The notes under the pieces: model-generated
The model's input: only the letters and a program-made list of their open reading frames with translations
The model's database searches: none
Told to the model about the DNA's origin: nothing
Program-made: the position numbers and the translations under genes
NCBI GenBank assembly: GCA_052390615.1
Contig: JBQTGT010000035.1
Coordinates: 14,142-78,141 of the forward strand
Origin: Actinomycetota bacterium
Lineage (GTDB): Bacteria; Actinomycetota; Acidimicrobiia; IMCC26256; PALSA-610
Direction of reading: 5' to 3'
Length of the DNA stretch: 64,000 nt
In this document: piece after piece, positions 54,771-64,000 of the stretch
Layout of the letters: each line of letters starts with the position of its first letter
Numbering within the stretch: the stretch's first letter is position 1

Positions 54771-56531
54771 TCAGATGCCGAGGCGACGCGTCAGGAAGCC
54801 GTCGATGCGCGTGAGCTCGTCGGCGACCGTCGCCGCGCGTTTCCAGCCGTGCCCTTCGCCGTCGTACACGTGGAACTCGACATCGACGAGGCGGGCCGCG
54901 AGCAGCTCCGAGTGGGCGAGTCGCACCGAGCGGTCGTCGCGGCCGTGGAGGAGCAACACCGGCACGCGGATATCGGCCGCGACCGTGAGCGGTGAGCGGG
55001 CTCGATACAACTCGGCGGCATCCCGGAGCGGGCCGACGATCCGCGATAGGTAGCCCGACTCGAACCGGTGCATGGTCGCGTCGAGATCGAGAAGATCGGT
55101 CGCGGGATACAGCGCGACGACACCGCGCACGAGATCGGGATGCCGCGCGGCCACCAGCAACGCGGTTGTGCCACCCGCGCTGCCGCCCGTGACGACGACG
55201 CGGCTCCCATCGCAGCTGCCTTCCTTGATGCAGTGCCGGATCCCGGCGGCGACGTCGTCGACGTCGCGTTCGCACCACCGGCCCGCCAGCGCGTGCGTAT
55301 ACGCGCGCCCGTATCCGGTCGACCCCCGGGCGTTCGGCGCGAGTACGGCAAATCCGCGGTCGAGGAGCCATTGCACGCGCGGATTCCAGTCGGCGAGCGC
55401 CTGACCGGTCGGGCCGCCGTGCACAACGACCGCGAGCGGCGCGCGATCCACGTCGTTCGGCCGGTACAGCAGTCCGTGCACGGTCGCGCCGGCGGCCTTC
55501 CACGTGATCGCGCGCGGCTCGACCGGCGGCGCGGCCTCGAAGCCGCCGACCGGCCCACGCGCGACCGACCGGCGTCCCGATCCGTTCGCGGCGAGCACCA
55601 CCACTTGGCCGGGCGTCACCGCGCCCGAACGCACGCCCACAATTCCGCCCCGTCCCCAATCGAGCCCGCGGTGCCAACCCTTCGACAGCTCGCGCGCCGA
55701 GCGCGCGTCGGGTGGTGCGATGACGAGCCGTCCGAACCCATCCTCGTTGCGGCACCAGACGAGCTGCTCGCCGTCGGGTGACCACGCGAACGATCGCTGA
55801 CCCGGACCCCACGCGGGTTCCGCGTGCTCGTATGACTCGCGCAACACCGGCTGCGCGTTGCCGCCATCGGGGTCGGCCGTCCACAGGCTCGCAAACCCCT
55901 CGGCATCGCTGATGAACGCGAGCCGCCGGCCGGTTGGCGCGAAGCGCGGCTGGCCCACCGCGACCGCGTCGCCGCCCGCGACGACTTTGGCGGCTCCGCT
56001 CTCGTCTCGCACTATCAGCCGCGAGGAGTCCCACGGCATGTCGGGCAGATCCCACTCGTGCCACGCCATCAACCGGCCATCGGGCGACCAGGAGGGATCC
56101 CACGCGTAGCTGGCGCGCGAGATGCGGGTCGGCCACTCGCTGCCATCGAGCGGAACTGTGGCCAGTTCGCACGTGTCGTCGCGTTCGAGCGAGAACGCGA
56201 CGACCCCGCGTGACGAAACCTCCGGCGCCAGCGCCCGGCCTTCGGCCGTCAGCGTGCGCACCGTCGCGCCGTCCGCCGAGATGAGCACGAGTCGCCCGTC
56301 GCCGGCCGCGACGACGAGTTCGTCGTCACCCGCCCAGGCGTACCCGCTGCCGACTCCGGTGTCACCGGTCACGACAACTGGTGGACCGTCGCCGTCGCCG
56401 GGAGCGATCACGAGGTCGGATCGCCCGTCGAAGGACACGACCCACGCGAGCCGCGCGCCCGAGGGCGACCATCTCGGGTCCGATACCGAGGCCGAGCGGG
56501 CAACCATCGCCGTCGTGAAGCGTGCGGTCAT
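54771..56531 (-). CDS. S9 family serine peptidase (beta-propeller + alpha/beta hydrolase)
   Basis: 586 aa. N-terminal TolB/WD40-like repeats (WSPDG x3). Nucleophile elbow VTGGSAGG. C-terminal LLHGRDDRSV and GEGHGW. Confidence 0.88.
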   Translation of the reverse strand: MTARFTTAMVARSASVSDPRWSPSGARLAWVVSFDGRSDLVIAPGDGDGPPVVVTGDTGVGSGYAWAGDDELVVAAGDGRLVLISADGATVRTLTAEGRALAPEVSSRGVVAFSLERDDTCELATVPLDGSEWPTRISRASYAWDPSWSPDGRLMAWHEWDLPDMPWDSSRLIVRDESGAAKVVAGGDAVAVGQPRFAPTGRRLAFISDAEGFASLWTADPDGGNAQPVLRESYEHAEPAWGPGQRSFAWSPDGEQLVWCRNEDGFGRLVIAPPDARSARELSKGWHRGLDWGRGGIVGVRSGAVTPGQVVVLAANGSGRRSVARGPVGGFEAAPPVEPRAITWKAAGATVHGLLYRPNDVDRAPLAVVVHGGPTGQALADWNPRVQWLLDRGFAVLAPNARGSTGYGRAYTHALAGRWCERDVDDVAAGIRHCIKEGSCDGSRVVVTGGSAGGTTALLVAARHPDLVRGVVALYPATDLLDLDATMHRFESGYLSRIVGPLRDAAELYRARSPLTVAADIRVPVLLLHGRDDRSVRLAHSELLAARLVDVEFHVYDGEGHGWKRAATVADELTRIDGFLTRRLGI

Positions 56532-56541
56532 GGTGTCGTGT

Positions 56542-56910
56542 CTAACTCAAGCTCGCGGCCGCGAGAACGAGGCTGCCCACGCCAACGATCGAACCGAAGG
56601 TCGAGAACAACATCGCTCGGGTCTGGGTGCTCATCGCGGCATTGACCTCGCCGCGAAACGCTGCCATCATCCGGTGCTCACTCGCTTCCATGCGCAGGGC
56701 GGTTCGCTCCTCGACGCCGGCGAGTTCGGCCCGGATGTGCGCGATATCGGCCTTCGTGGCATGGCGAAGGTCGGCGATGTCGGCCTTCGTCGCCAACTCG
56801 TCCCAGCGCATCGGCGGCAATGCTTCCATCAGAGTGTCCGCGCGCTCGGCACCGAGCAGCTCGTCGAGACGGCGGCGCAGTTCGTCTCGTGCTCGCGCAT
56901 CACCGGCCAA
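56542..56910 (-). CDS. Tail-anchored coiled-coil hypothetical protein (DUF1640-like)
   Basis: TTG at 56910 preceded by GGAGGAGGAG. Internal duplication ATKADIADLRH/ATKADIAHIRA. C-terminal TM LFSTFGSIVGVGSLVLAAA. Confidence 0.55.
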   Translation of the reverse strand: MAGDARARDELRRRLDELLGAERADTLMEALPPMRWDELATKADIADLRHATKADIAHIRAELAGVEERTALRMEASEHRMMAAFRGEVNAAMSTQTRAMLFSTFGSIVGVGSLVLAAASLS

Positions 56911-57188
56911 TTGTCTCCTCCTCCGCGCGGTTCCGACAAGGCGGAGGGTTACGAGGCCCACCCTCGAGGCGCTGATGTGAGGGTACGGGTGCGGTGAGAC
57001 GGGTTCGAACGGTTCGCGGGGGTGGGGGAAGCACGGCGCGAGGACGGCGTCGATCTCGCGACGCGACGTCGCCAGGCGGCGCCCAGTTACATCCGCGCCA
57101 CCACGCTGACGTCGAGTGCGCGCGCAGTGTGAGAGATCGCCCACCGGGTTTGCCACCGGGAGCGGTCTGCCTCCATCCTGGTTCCTTC

Positions 57189-58502
57189 ATGCCCGCTTTC
57201 CCGCCGCCTTCCTTGCCGCGCCCCGGCGACCCGCTCCGCGTCGCGTTCTTGATCTACCGCGGCAACCCACACTGCGGCGGCCAGGGCGTCTACAGCCGCC
57301 ATCTCACCCGCGAGCTCACCAATTTGGGGCACCGCGTGACGATGCTCGCGGGCCAGCCGTGGCCTTTGGCCGACGCCCCGGTGACGCTGGAAAAGGTCCC
57401 GGGCCTCGACCTGTACCGCCGCGACAACCCGTTCCGCGTGCCGTGGCCGCACGAGTTCCGGTCTTGGGTCGACGTCGAGGAGTTCGCAATCATGTGCGCG
57501 GCAGGGTTCCCGGAGCCGTACGCCTTCAGCCGACGCGTCCACCGCCAACTTCGGGATCGGCGCGACGAGTTCGACCTCGTCCACGACAACCAGTGCCTCG
57601 GCCGCGGTCTCCTCGGCTTCGTGCGCGACGGTTGGCCGTTCGTGCACACCTTGCACCACCCGATCACGGTCGATCGTGATCTCGAGCTCTCGCATGCGAG
57701 CTCGTTGCACCGGAGACTGACCCTGCGGCGCTGGTACGCGTTCTTGCGGATGCAGATGGGGGTCGCCCGCCAGCTGCCGCGACACCTCACGGTCTCGGAA
57801 AACTCGAAGAAGGACATCATCGCCCAGATGGGTGTCGCGGCCGACACGCTGCACATCGTGCCGGTCGGCGTCGACCAGCAGCAGTTCCGGCCGCTCCCCC
57901 ACGTCGCACGGGTGCCGGGACGCTTGATGACGACCGCGAGCGCGGACGTCCCGCTGAAGGGCCTCTCCTATCTCATCGACGCGCTCGCCAAGATCCGCAC
58001 CGAACGTGAGGACGCGCACCTCGTCGTCATCGGCCAGCCGCGTCACCGCAGTGCGGTGCCGGCCCAGCTCGAACGGCTCGGCCTCGGGGGTGCGGTCGAG
58101 TTCGTGACCGGGGTCAGTGACGAGCGAATCGTCGAGCTGTACGCCGAGGCCGAGGTCGCGGTCGTCCCGTCGCTCTACGAGGGTTTCTCGCTCCCGGCCA
58201 TCGAGGCGATGGCGTGCGGTGTCCCGCTCGTCGCGACGACGGGCGGCGCGCTCCCCGAGGTGGTCGGCCGCCACGGCGAGAGCGGCCTGCTCGTCCCGAC
58301 CGCCGATCCGGGGGCGCTCGCGGCGCAGATCGTCGAACTGCTCGACGACGCCGACCGGCGACAAAAGGTGGGCCTCGCCGGTCGGGCCCGTGTGCTCGAC
58401 CGGTTCACATGGCGGCGCACCGCCGAAGGGACCGCCGAGCACTACTACCTCGAGCTCGAAGCGCACGCTCGGCGCCGGCGCGACGCGGGGTTGACCGCCT
58501 AG
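57189..58502 (+). CDS. Glycosyltransferase family 4 (GT-B)
   Basis: ATG at 57189 inside ORF 56994..58502. LRVAFLIYRGNPHCGGQGVY...EGFSLPAIEAMACGVPLVAT (E-x7-E). Confidence 0.88.
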   Translation: MPAFPPPSLPRPGDPLRVAFLIYRGNPHCGGQGVYSRHLTRELTNLGHRVTMLAGQPWPLADAPVTLEKVPGLDLYRRDNPFRVPWPHEFRSWVDVEEFAIMCAAGFPEPYAFSRRVHRQLRDRRDEFDLVHDNQCLGRGLLGFVRDGWPFVHTLHHPITVDRDLELSHASSLHRRLTLRRWYAFLRMQMGVARQLPRHLTVSENSKKDIIAQMGVAADTLHIVPVGVDQQQFRPLPHVARVPGRLMTTASADVPLKGLSYLIDALAKIRTEREDAHLVVIGQPRHRSAVPAQLERLGLGGAVEFVTGVSDERIVELYAEAEVAVVPSLYEGFSLPAIEAMACGVPLVATTGGALPEVVGRHGESGLLVPTADPGALAAQIVELLDDADRRQKVGLAGRARVLDRFTWRRTAEGTAEHYYLELEAHARRRRDAGLTA

Positions 58503-58504
58503 TC

Positions 58505-59254
58505 ATGCTCACCGTCGACTTCGATCGGCTCGGGTTGGCGCGCGGTGAGCACCTCCTCGATCTCGGAGCCGGTGGCGGCCGCCACGCGTTCGCGGCGATG
58601 CGACGCGGCGCCCGAGTCACCGCGCTCGACTACTCGGCGGCCGACCTGAAAGACGCGGTCGCGATCGCCGGCGCCATGATCGTCGCCGACGAAGTGACCG
58701 ACGCCGTGTGGGCGGGCGCGGTGAACGGCGACGCGCTCGACCTGCCGTTCTCGGATGAGACGTTCGACCGCGTGGTCGTGTCCGAGGTGCTCGAGCACAT
58801 CTGGGATGACGAGCGCGCGCTGGTCGAGATCGTGCGTGTCCTGCGCTCGGGCGGTCGCGTCGCCGCGACGGTCCCGACCCGCTGGCCCGAGCGCGTGTCA
58901 TGGGCACTGAACCGTGCGTATCACGACACGCCGGGCGGACACGTGCGCATCTACCGTCAGGGCGACCTCGAACGAAAGCTCGAGCGCGCAGGTTGTTTCC
59001 TGCGCGGCTCGCACCATGCGCACGCGTTTCATTCGCCGTACTGGTGGCTCAAGTGCGCGTACGGGCTTGAGAACACCGACGTGATGCCGGTTCGCGGTTA
59101 CCACGATTTCTTGTGCTACCTCATCGAGCACGACCCCGCCTGGGCGCGCCACTTGGAACGCGCGTTGAATCCCGTGCTCGGCAAGAGCGTTGTGGTGTAC
59201 GGCGAGAAGGTGCCGGCAGGAATGGCGAAGTGGAGGAAGCGGAGCCTTGCCTAG
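58505..59254 (+). CDS. Class I SAM-dependent methyltransferase
   Basis: ATG at 58505. HLLDLGAGGGRHA motif I; FDRVVVSEVLEHI; LRSGGRV. Confidence 0.85.
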   Translation: MLTVDFDRLGLARGEHLLDLGAGGGRHAFAAMRRGARVTALDYSAADLKDAVAIAGAMIVADEVTDAVWAGAVNGDALDLPFSDETFDRVVVSEVLEHIWDDERALVEIVRVLRSGGRVAATVPTRWPERVSWALNRAYHDTPGGHVRIYRQGDLERKLERAGCFLRGSHHAHAFHSPYWWLKCAYGLENTDVMPVRGYHDFLCYLIEHDPAWARHLERALNPVLGKSVVVYGEKVPAGMAKWRKRSLA

Positions 59255-60371
59255 TTTCCAACTGCCCGAGGTGCGCGGTGTGTTGACGCGCCGCCAAGTC
59301 GGCGAGACGATCGAGGCGATCGTGTCAGTGCAACAGCGCGACGGCAACATCCCGTGGGTACGCGGTGGCCAGACGGATCCCTGGAACCTCGTGGAAGCCG
59401 CGATGGCGCTCGACGTCGGTCGCCACTACCGCGCGGCCGAGCGCGCGTACGCGTGGCTGAAGCGGATGCAGCGACCCGACGGCGCGTGGCACGCGTACTA
59501 CCAGGGCGACTTCGTCAAGGAGCACACGCTCGACACCAACGTGTCGTGCTACGTCGCGAACGGCGTCTGGCATCACTATCTCGCCACGGGCGATACCGGT
59601 TTTCTCGAGGATATGTTCCCCGTCGTGGAGCGCGCGATCGACTTCGCGCTCGATCATCAGCATGCGACCGGCGAGATCGAGTGGGATGCCGATCCGGCCC
59701 GCGTCGAAGGCACGGGCGCGCTGCTCGCTGGTTCGTCGAGTATCTACTCGTCGTTGCGCTGCGCGATTGCGGCGGCCGAACGTCTTGGGCGCGACCGTCC
59801 CGACTGGGAGCTGTCGCTCGGCTCGCTCGCCATCGCAGTCGCACACCGCCCCGAACGCTTCCTCGACAAGGACCGCTGGGCGATGGACTGGTATTACCCC
59901 ATCCTCGGGGGCGTACTGCGCGGCCATGCGGCCGAAGCGCGCGTCGCGGCGCGTTGGGACACCTTCGTCGCGCCGCGGCGCGGCGTGCGGTGCGTCGCCG
60001 ACCAACCGTGGGTGACAGCGGCGGAGACGTGCGAGCTTGTGATGGCGCTCGACGCGATCGGCTTGAGCGAGCGCGCCCACGAACTGTTCTCATACGTGCA
60101 GTTCCTGCGCCACGAGGACGGCAGCTACTGGACCGGCATGAATTTCGACGGTGACCGCTTCGACCTGCGCGGCGAGTACTACACAGCCGAGCAGCCGACA
60201 TGGAACAGCGCCGCGGTGGTGCTCGCGGCCAATGCGCTCGGCGGCACCGGCCCGACCGCGGGCCTGTTCCGAGGCGTTGGGTTGCCCGCCGGCCTCACCG
60301 CCGACGAGCTCATTGAAGCCGGCGCCGAGATCGAAGCCGAGCGTCGCTCGTCGCGCCCAACGAGGCGCTGA
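59247..60371 (+). CDS. Prenyltransferase/squalene-oxidase-repeat-like (alpha/alpha)6-barrel protein
   Basis: TTG at 59247 with GGAGGAAG 7 nt upstream (alternative GTG 59271). QQRDGNIPW...QRPDGAWH...HEDGSYW repeat signatures. Confidence 0.7.
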   Translation: MPSFQLPEVRGVLTRRQVGETIEAIVSVQQRDGNIPWVRGGQTDPWNLVEAAMALDVGRHYRAAERAYAWLKRMQRPDGAWHAYYQGDFVKEHTLDTNVSCYVANGVWHHYLATGDTGFLEDMFPVVERAIDFALDHQHATGEIEWDADPARVEGTGALLAGSSSIYSSLRCAIAAAERLGRDRPDWELSLGSLAIAVAHRPERFLDKDRWAMDWYYPILGGVLRGHAAEARVAARWDTFVAPRRGVRCVADQPWVTAAETCELVMALDAIGLSERAHELFSYVQFLRHEDGSYWTGMNFDGDRFDLRGEYYTAEQPTWNSAAVVLAANALGGTGPTAGLFRGVGLPAGLTADELIEAGAEIEAERRSSRPTRR

Positions 60372-60393
60372 GCGCGCCGGTTCGGTTCCGCGG

Positions 60394-61101
60394 CTACTGG
60401 GGACGCGTCAGTACCCGCAACGAGCCGGTTGTCGAAACCGGAACGAACCCTTCGCGGACCGCCCGCTTCCACACCTCGAATGGCGCTTGGCCGCCGTCGG
60501 CGGGATCGTCGAAGACGTCATGGAACACGAGCAGGCCGCCCGGCTGCACATGGTGCGCCCAGCCTTCGTAGTCGGCGTGGGCGACGTCGAGCGCGTGGCC
60601 GCCGTCGATGAACACCAGCGCGAGCGCCGTGCGCCACACCCGCGCGACGGAAACCGAGTGCCCGACCACCGCGACGACGACGTCCTCGAGACCGGCGCGC
60701 GCGATCGTGCGACGAAAGAAGGGGAGCGTGTCCATACGCCCGGTTTCCGAGTCGACGACCTCGGCGTCATGGTGGTCCCACCCCGCTTGGTTTTCCTCGG
60801 ACCCGCGGTGGTGGTCGACCGTGAACAGCATCGTGGCGTTCGCGCGCGCGGCGGCGCCGAGATATACGGCGGACTTGCCGCAGTAGGTGCCGATCTCGAG
60901 CGACGGCCCGCGACCGCCGGCGGTGAGCCCGGCCGCGTGGAGCGCGAGCCCCTCGTCGTCGGGCATGAAACCCTTCGCCGACCGGGCGACGTCGAGAAGG
61001 TGCTGGTCCATCGCGTCGAAGGCTACGGCGTCCGCGCTCCGAGCGCCGTTCGGATCGCGGCGACGAGACGACGCTGCTGGACATTCGTCGTCACTCGCCA
61101 C
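60394..61101 (-). CDS. Class I SAM-dependent methyltransferase (O-methyltransferase family 3-like)
   Basis: LEIGTYCGKSAVYL...LVFIDGGH...GGLLVFHD. Alternative ATG at 61011. Confidence 0.8.
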   Translation of the reverse strand: MASDDECPAASSRRRDPNGARSADAVAFDAMDQHLLDVARSAKGFMPDDEGLALHAAGLTAGGRGPSLEIGTYCGKSAVYLGAAARANATMLFTVDHHRGSEENQAGWDHHDAEVVDSETGRMDTLPFFRRTIARAGLEDVVVAVVGHSVSVARVWRTALALVFIDGGHALDVAHADYEGWAHHVQPGGLLVFHDVFDDPADGGQAPFEVWKRAVREGFVPVSTTGSLRVLTRPQ

Positions 61102-61152
61102 GGTTCGAACTCGATGCCGTCGAGCCCCACGTCCGTAGTGTGCCGCACGACG

Positions 61153-62784
61153 CTAGATACGCGGGTCTTCGACCCACCGGCCGAACTCGTCGGCGAGCGC
61201 GCCGACCACTTCGCCGAGCGTGGCGTAGGTACCGACCGCGCCAATGAGCGCGGGCATCAGGTTCGTCGAGTCCTCGGCCGCGTCCGCGCGCACTCGAGCG
61301 AGCGCGCGCCCGACGGCGGCGTCGTCGCGCTCGTGCTTCGCCTTCTCGAGTCGGCGGCGCTGCTCCTCCTCCACCTCGGGACCGATCCGCAGGATCGGCG
61401 GCGGCGGCTCGTCGTTGCCCTCTGAGAAGGCGTTGACGCCGACGATGACGTGATCGCCGCGGTTGACCTTGCGCTCGAGCTCGTACGCTGCCTCCGCGAT
61501 CTCACCCTGAAACCAGCCTTCCTCTACACCGCGGATCGCACCCTCGAACATCGACCCCTCGCCGAGCTCGTCGATGCGGGCGAAGATCTCCTCGGCGCGC
61601 CGTTCCAACTCGTCGGTGAGCGCCTCGACGAACCACGAGCCGCCGAGCGGATCCGCGACGTTGGGAACACCGGTCTCATTGGCGATGACTTGCTGGGTGC
61701 GTAACGCGATGCGCGCCGCCTTCTCGGTCGGCAACGCCAGCGTTTCGTCCATCGAGTTGGTGTGCAGGCTCTGCGTGCCGCCGAGTACACCGGCGAGCGC
61801 TTCGATGGCAGTGCGAACGATGTTCACCTCGGGCTGCTGCGCCGTGAGCGAGACTCCCGCAGTCTGCGTATGGAACCGCATCTGCGACGATCGCTCCGCG
61901 CGCGCGCCGTAGCGATCGCGCATCCAGCGCGCCCAAATGCGCCGCGCGGCACGGTATTTGGCGATCTCCTCGAAGAAGTCGATGTGGGCGTTGAAGAAGA
62001 ACGACAAGCGCGGTGCGAACGCGTCGACGTCGAGTCCCGCACGCCGACCGAGCTCGACGTAGGCGAATCCGTTGGCCAGCGTGAACGCGAGCTCCTGCGC
62101 CGCCGTGGATCCCGCCTCACGGATGTGGTACCCGGAGATCGAGATCGAGTGCCACTTCGGCATCTCCGCGGTGCAAAACGAGATCGTGTCGCGCACCAGC
62201 CGCAATGACGGCCGGGGCGGGAAGATGAACTCCTTCTGCGCTTGGTACTCCTTCAGAATGTCGTTCTGCAACGTGCCGCCCAAGTGTGCGCGGGCGACAC
62301 CCGCGTTCTCGGCGTTGGCGACGTACATCGCGAACACGATCGCGGCCGGACCGTTGATCGTCATCGACGTAGTGACCGAGCCCACATCGATACCCCGGTA
62401 CAGGTCTTCGACGTCGGCGAGCGTGTCGACCGCGACGCCGCACTTTCCGACCTCACCGAGCGCGAGCGGATCGTCGGAGTCTCGGCCCATCAACGTCGGG
62501 AGGTCGAACGCAGTCGACAGACCATCGCTGCCGGCCGCGAGCAGCTCGAGAAAGCGCCGGTTCGTGTCGATCGCGGTGCCGAACCCCGCGAACATTCGCA
62601 TCGTCCAGAGCTTTGACCGGTACATCGATGCGTACGGTCCACGGGTGTACGGGTAGTTGCCGGGGAAGTCGCCGTCGTCGGTGCCGTAGACCGGCTCCAA
62701 CGGAACGCCCGACATCGTCGCGAAGTCGGCGCGCCGATGCGGCGCGTCGTCGAATGCCCGTTGCCAGTCGTCGCGACGAGTCAC
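61153..62784 (-). CDS. Acyl-CoA mutase large (catalytic TIM-barrel) subunit, isobutyryl-CoA mutase IcmA-like; no B12-binding domain
   Basis: 543 aa. [30 protein letters not shown] and [21 protein letters not shown]. Phe65 and Gln183 (118 residues apart) sit at the positions of MCM Tyr89/Arg207. Confidence 0.8.
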   Translation of the reverse strand: MTRRDDWQRAFDDAPHRRADFATMSGVPLEPVYGTDDGDFPGNYPYTRGPYASMYRSKLWTMRMFAGFGTAIDTNRRFLELLAAGSDGLSTAFDLPTLMGRDSDDPLALGEVGKCGVAVDTLADVEDLYRGIDVGSVTTSMTINGPAAIVFAMYVANAENAGVARAHLGGTLQNDILKEYQAQKEFIFPPRPSLRLVRDTISFCTAEMPKWHSISISGYHIREAGSTAAQELAFTLANGFAYVELGRRAGLDVDAFAPRLSFFFNAHIDFFEEIAKYRAARRIWARWMRDRYGARAERSSQMRFHTQTAGVSLTAQQPEVNIVRTAIEALAGVLGGTQSLHTNSMDETLALPTEKAARIALRTQQVIANETGVPNVADPLGGSWFVEALTDELERRAEEIFARIDELGEGSMFEGAIRGVEEGWFQGEIAEAAYELERKVNRGDHVIVGVNAFSEGNDEPPPPILRIGPEVEEEQRRRLEKAKHERDDAAVGRALARVRADAAEDSTNLMPALIGAVGTYATLGEVVGALADEFGRWVEDPRI

Positions 62785-62794
62785 CGCAACAAGT

Positions 62795-63595
62795 CTAGAG
62801 CCCCATCATCTGTGTCACGCCGTGGTCGCGGCCAGCGGTGTAACCGCCGTCGACGGCAATGGCCTGGCCGGTCACGAACGACGCGTCGGCCGAGCACAAG
62901 AACGCGGCGACGGCCGCGATCTCGTCGGGTCGACCGAGCCGGCGCAGCTTGTGTTCCTGCGTGATCTCGGCGCGCACCGCTTCGAGTCCGGGCATCCCGA
63001 ATACACCCTCGAGCAGCGGCGTTTCGATGAAGCCGGGACAGATCGCGTTCGCGCGAATGCCGCGACGGCCATAGTCAATCGCAAGGTTCTTCGTGAGCAA
63101 CACGACCGCGCCCTTCGAGGCGTTGTATGCGCTCCCGCCGGCTGTGCCCTCGAGTCCCTCTACGCTGGAAATCGTCACGATGCTGCCGCGCTCGCTATCA
63201 ACAGCTGGTTGCTCGAGCATGCGGGCGATCGCGTGCTTGCAAACGAGGTACGTCCCGGTGAGGTTGATGTCGAGGACGCGCTGCCACTCGCTGCGATCGA
63301 GCGTGTGGACGGGTCCGCCACCGGCGATCCCGGCCGCAGCCACGACACCGTCGATCCGGCCGTAGTCATCTACGACGCGCGCGATGATGTCACTGAGCGC
63401 GTCCTCGTCTCGCACGTCGGTGTGCGCGAACGCGACCGCGTCGGCATCGGCGGGCAGATCGAGCTCATGGTGCGGTTCGGTGATATCGATGCCGACGACG
63501 CGCGCACCGTCTCGGGCGAAACGAGCGACACACGCCTCACCGATTCCGGACGCGGCGCCGGTGACCACCACGACCTTGCCTTCGAGTCGACGCAT
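62795..63595 (-). CDS. Short-chain dehydrogenase/reductase
   Basis: [30 protein letters not shown]. Confidence 0.9.
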   Translation of the reverse strand: MRRLEGKVVVVTGAASGIGEACVARFARDGARVVGIDITEPHHELDLPADADAVAFAHTDVRDEDALSDIIARVVDDYGRIDGVVAAAGIAGGGPVHTLDRSEWQRVLDINLTGTYLVCKHAIARMLEQPAVDSERGSIVTISSVEGLEGTAGGSAYNASKGAVVLLTKNLAIDYGRRGIRANAICPGFIETPLLEGVFGMPGLEAVRAEITQEHKLRRLGRPDEIAAVAAFLCSADASFVTGQAIAVDGGYTAGRDHGVTQMMGL

Positions 63596-63682
63596 GCCGA
63601 CGTTCTACACGGCCGGACGCGTCAGGTGCCGGGCCACGCAGGGCACGGCACGGTCCCGTGTCGCGCAGGGGCGCGGAAGTTC

Positions 63683-63892
63683 CTACGGCACGTAGTGGGC
63701 GTCGCGCTCGGAAACCGTTTCGCGGCGCACGGCCGCGCCCGCGCCGCGATGGAACTCACCCCAGGTCTCCCCTGCGGCCAGGCTCAACAGCGTGCCGATG
63801 AGGCCAACGCCCCGGCGGATCCAGCCGACTTGTCGGACCGGGCATCCCCGAGACGCGGCCACGCGAGACGCGGCCACGCGAGACGCGGCCAC
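63683..63892 (-). CDS. Possible small hydrophobic protein whose 5' end is built from a 15-bp tandem repeat
   Basis: Third-position G+C looks clearly enriched by eye in the non-repeat part (...VGWIRRGVGLIGTLLSLAAGETWGEFHRG...). The only start candidates are three GTGs, one in each repeat unit (63892, 63877, 63862). Confidence 0.3.
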   Translation of the reverse strand: MAASRVAASRVAASRGCPVRQVGWIRRGVGLIGTLLSLAAGETWGEFHRGAGAAVRRETVSERDAHYVP

Positions 63893-63906
63893 GCGTAACG
63901 CGGCGG
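63850..63906. repeat. 15-bp tandem repeat (gagacgcggccacgc) x3 plus a partial fourth
   Basis: Exact units at 63850-63864, 63865-63879 and 63880-63894; degenerate unit to ~63906. Confidence 0.9.
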
Positions 63907-63961
63907 TTCCCAGGTATGGTCATTCGTCAGATTCGTTTCTCGGGAGGAGCGTCTGAGGGGC

Positions 63962-64000
63962 ATGGAAACGCAGTCGCGTCCCGACCGCAACATCGCGATG
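63962..64000 (+). CDS. glpX: Probable start of class II fructose-1,6-bisphosphatase GlpX (13 codons only)
   Basis: GGGAGGAG/GAGGGG upstream of an ATG. METQSRPDRNIAM matches the conserved ..PDRNLAMELVRV.. start region of actinobacterial GlpX as I remember it. Confidence 0.35.
   Translation, partial: METQSRPDRNIAM

Noticed and set aside
54583-56172. 529-aa minus-strand ORF overlapping the S9 peptidase in another frame and reading through the palindromic element
   Set aside because: It has no motifs and Arg/Gly-rich composition. It crosses an obvious non-coding repeat (the peptide TCAANPELFGVCGA is just the translated palindrome, as in two other shadow ORFs).
57002-57009. GGTTCGAA T-loop-like sequence suggesting a tRNA in the 278-bp divergent spacer
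   Set aside because: The flanking bases cannot form a T-stem (GACGG versus CGGTT). No acceptor, D or anticodon arms could be drawn.

Overview
Very GC-rich, gene-dense bacterial chromosome segment. About 60 CDS, almost no spacers, and many 4-nt start/stop overlaps. I found no rRNA, tRNA, CRISPR array, transposase, integrase or prophage genes. Gene content and order look like core Actinomycetota chromosome. From memory, the order is syntenic with the mycobacterial Rv3240c-Rv3303c region: ftsE-prfB-secA-(orphan LuxR regulator)-hpf-comF, then ahcY, PGI/PMI-trm112-manB, ftsH, cofD-cofE(fbiA/fbiB), a manC/WbbL-like/LCP wall-glycan block, fadE-like ACAD, pabBC, birA, accA, lpdA-like. After that come galT, F420/LLM and acyl-CoA genes, meaB, murA, and an IcmA-like mutase. 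A probable glpX start sits at the right edge. Most of 10.8-39 kb is envelope-glycan machinery: sugar-nucleotide supply, a 1059-aa GT-C-like membrane protein, a 1076-aa GT2-membrane fusion coupled to a DUF5719-like protein, a ugd-uxs-GT2-GT2-manC-galE operon, and two tandem LCP ligases. Eight things are not explained by ordinary annotation. (1) A 41-bp palindromic element family has three copies, two of which bracket a single AbiEi-N/DUF559-like gene inserted between the F420 and glycan operons. (2) Paired direct repeats with an exact 40-bp phase occur at three gene 3' ends, a 21-bp tandem repeat occurs at a fourth, and a (T/A)GTCC-N5-GGACA dyad recurs in two of these four loci. (3) A 405-bp ORF-free, strongly self-complementary region lies between murA and a small NifU-like gene. 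(4) An HPD-less J-like domain is embedded in the GT-C-like membrane protein. (5) ugd-uxs plus a DPM1/ArnC-like GT2 sit where mycobacteria carry rmlD. (6) FbiB is split into two coupled genes. (7) The mutase carries the isobutyryl-CoA mutase Phe/Gln signature. (8) MurA has Asp at the fosfomycin-target Cys position. All functional calls come from motif recognition by eye; no database search was run.
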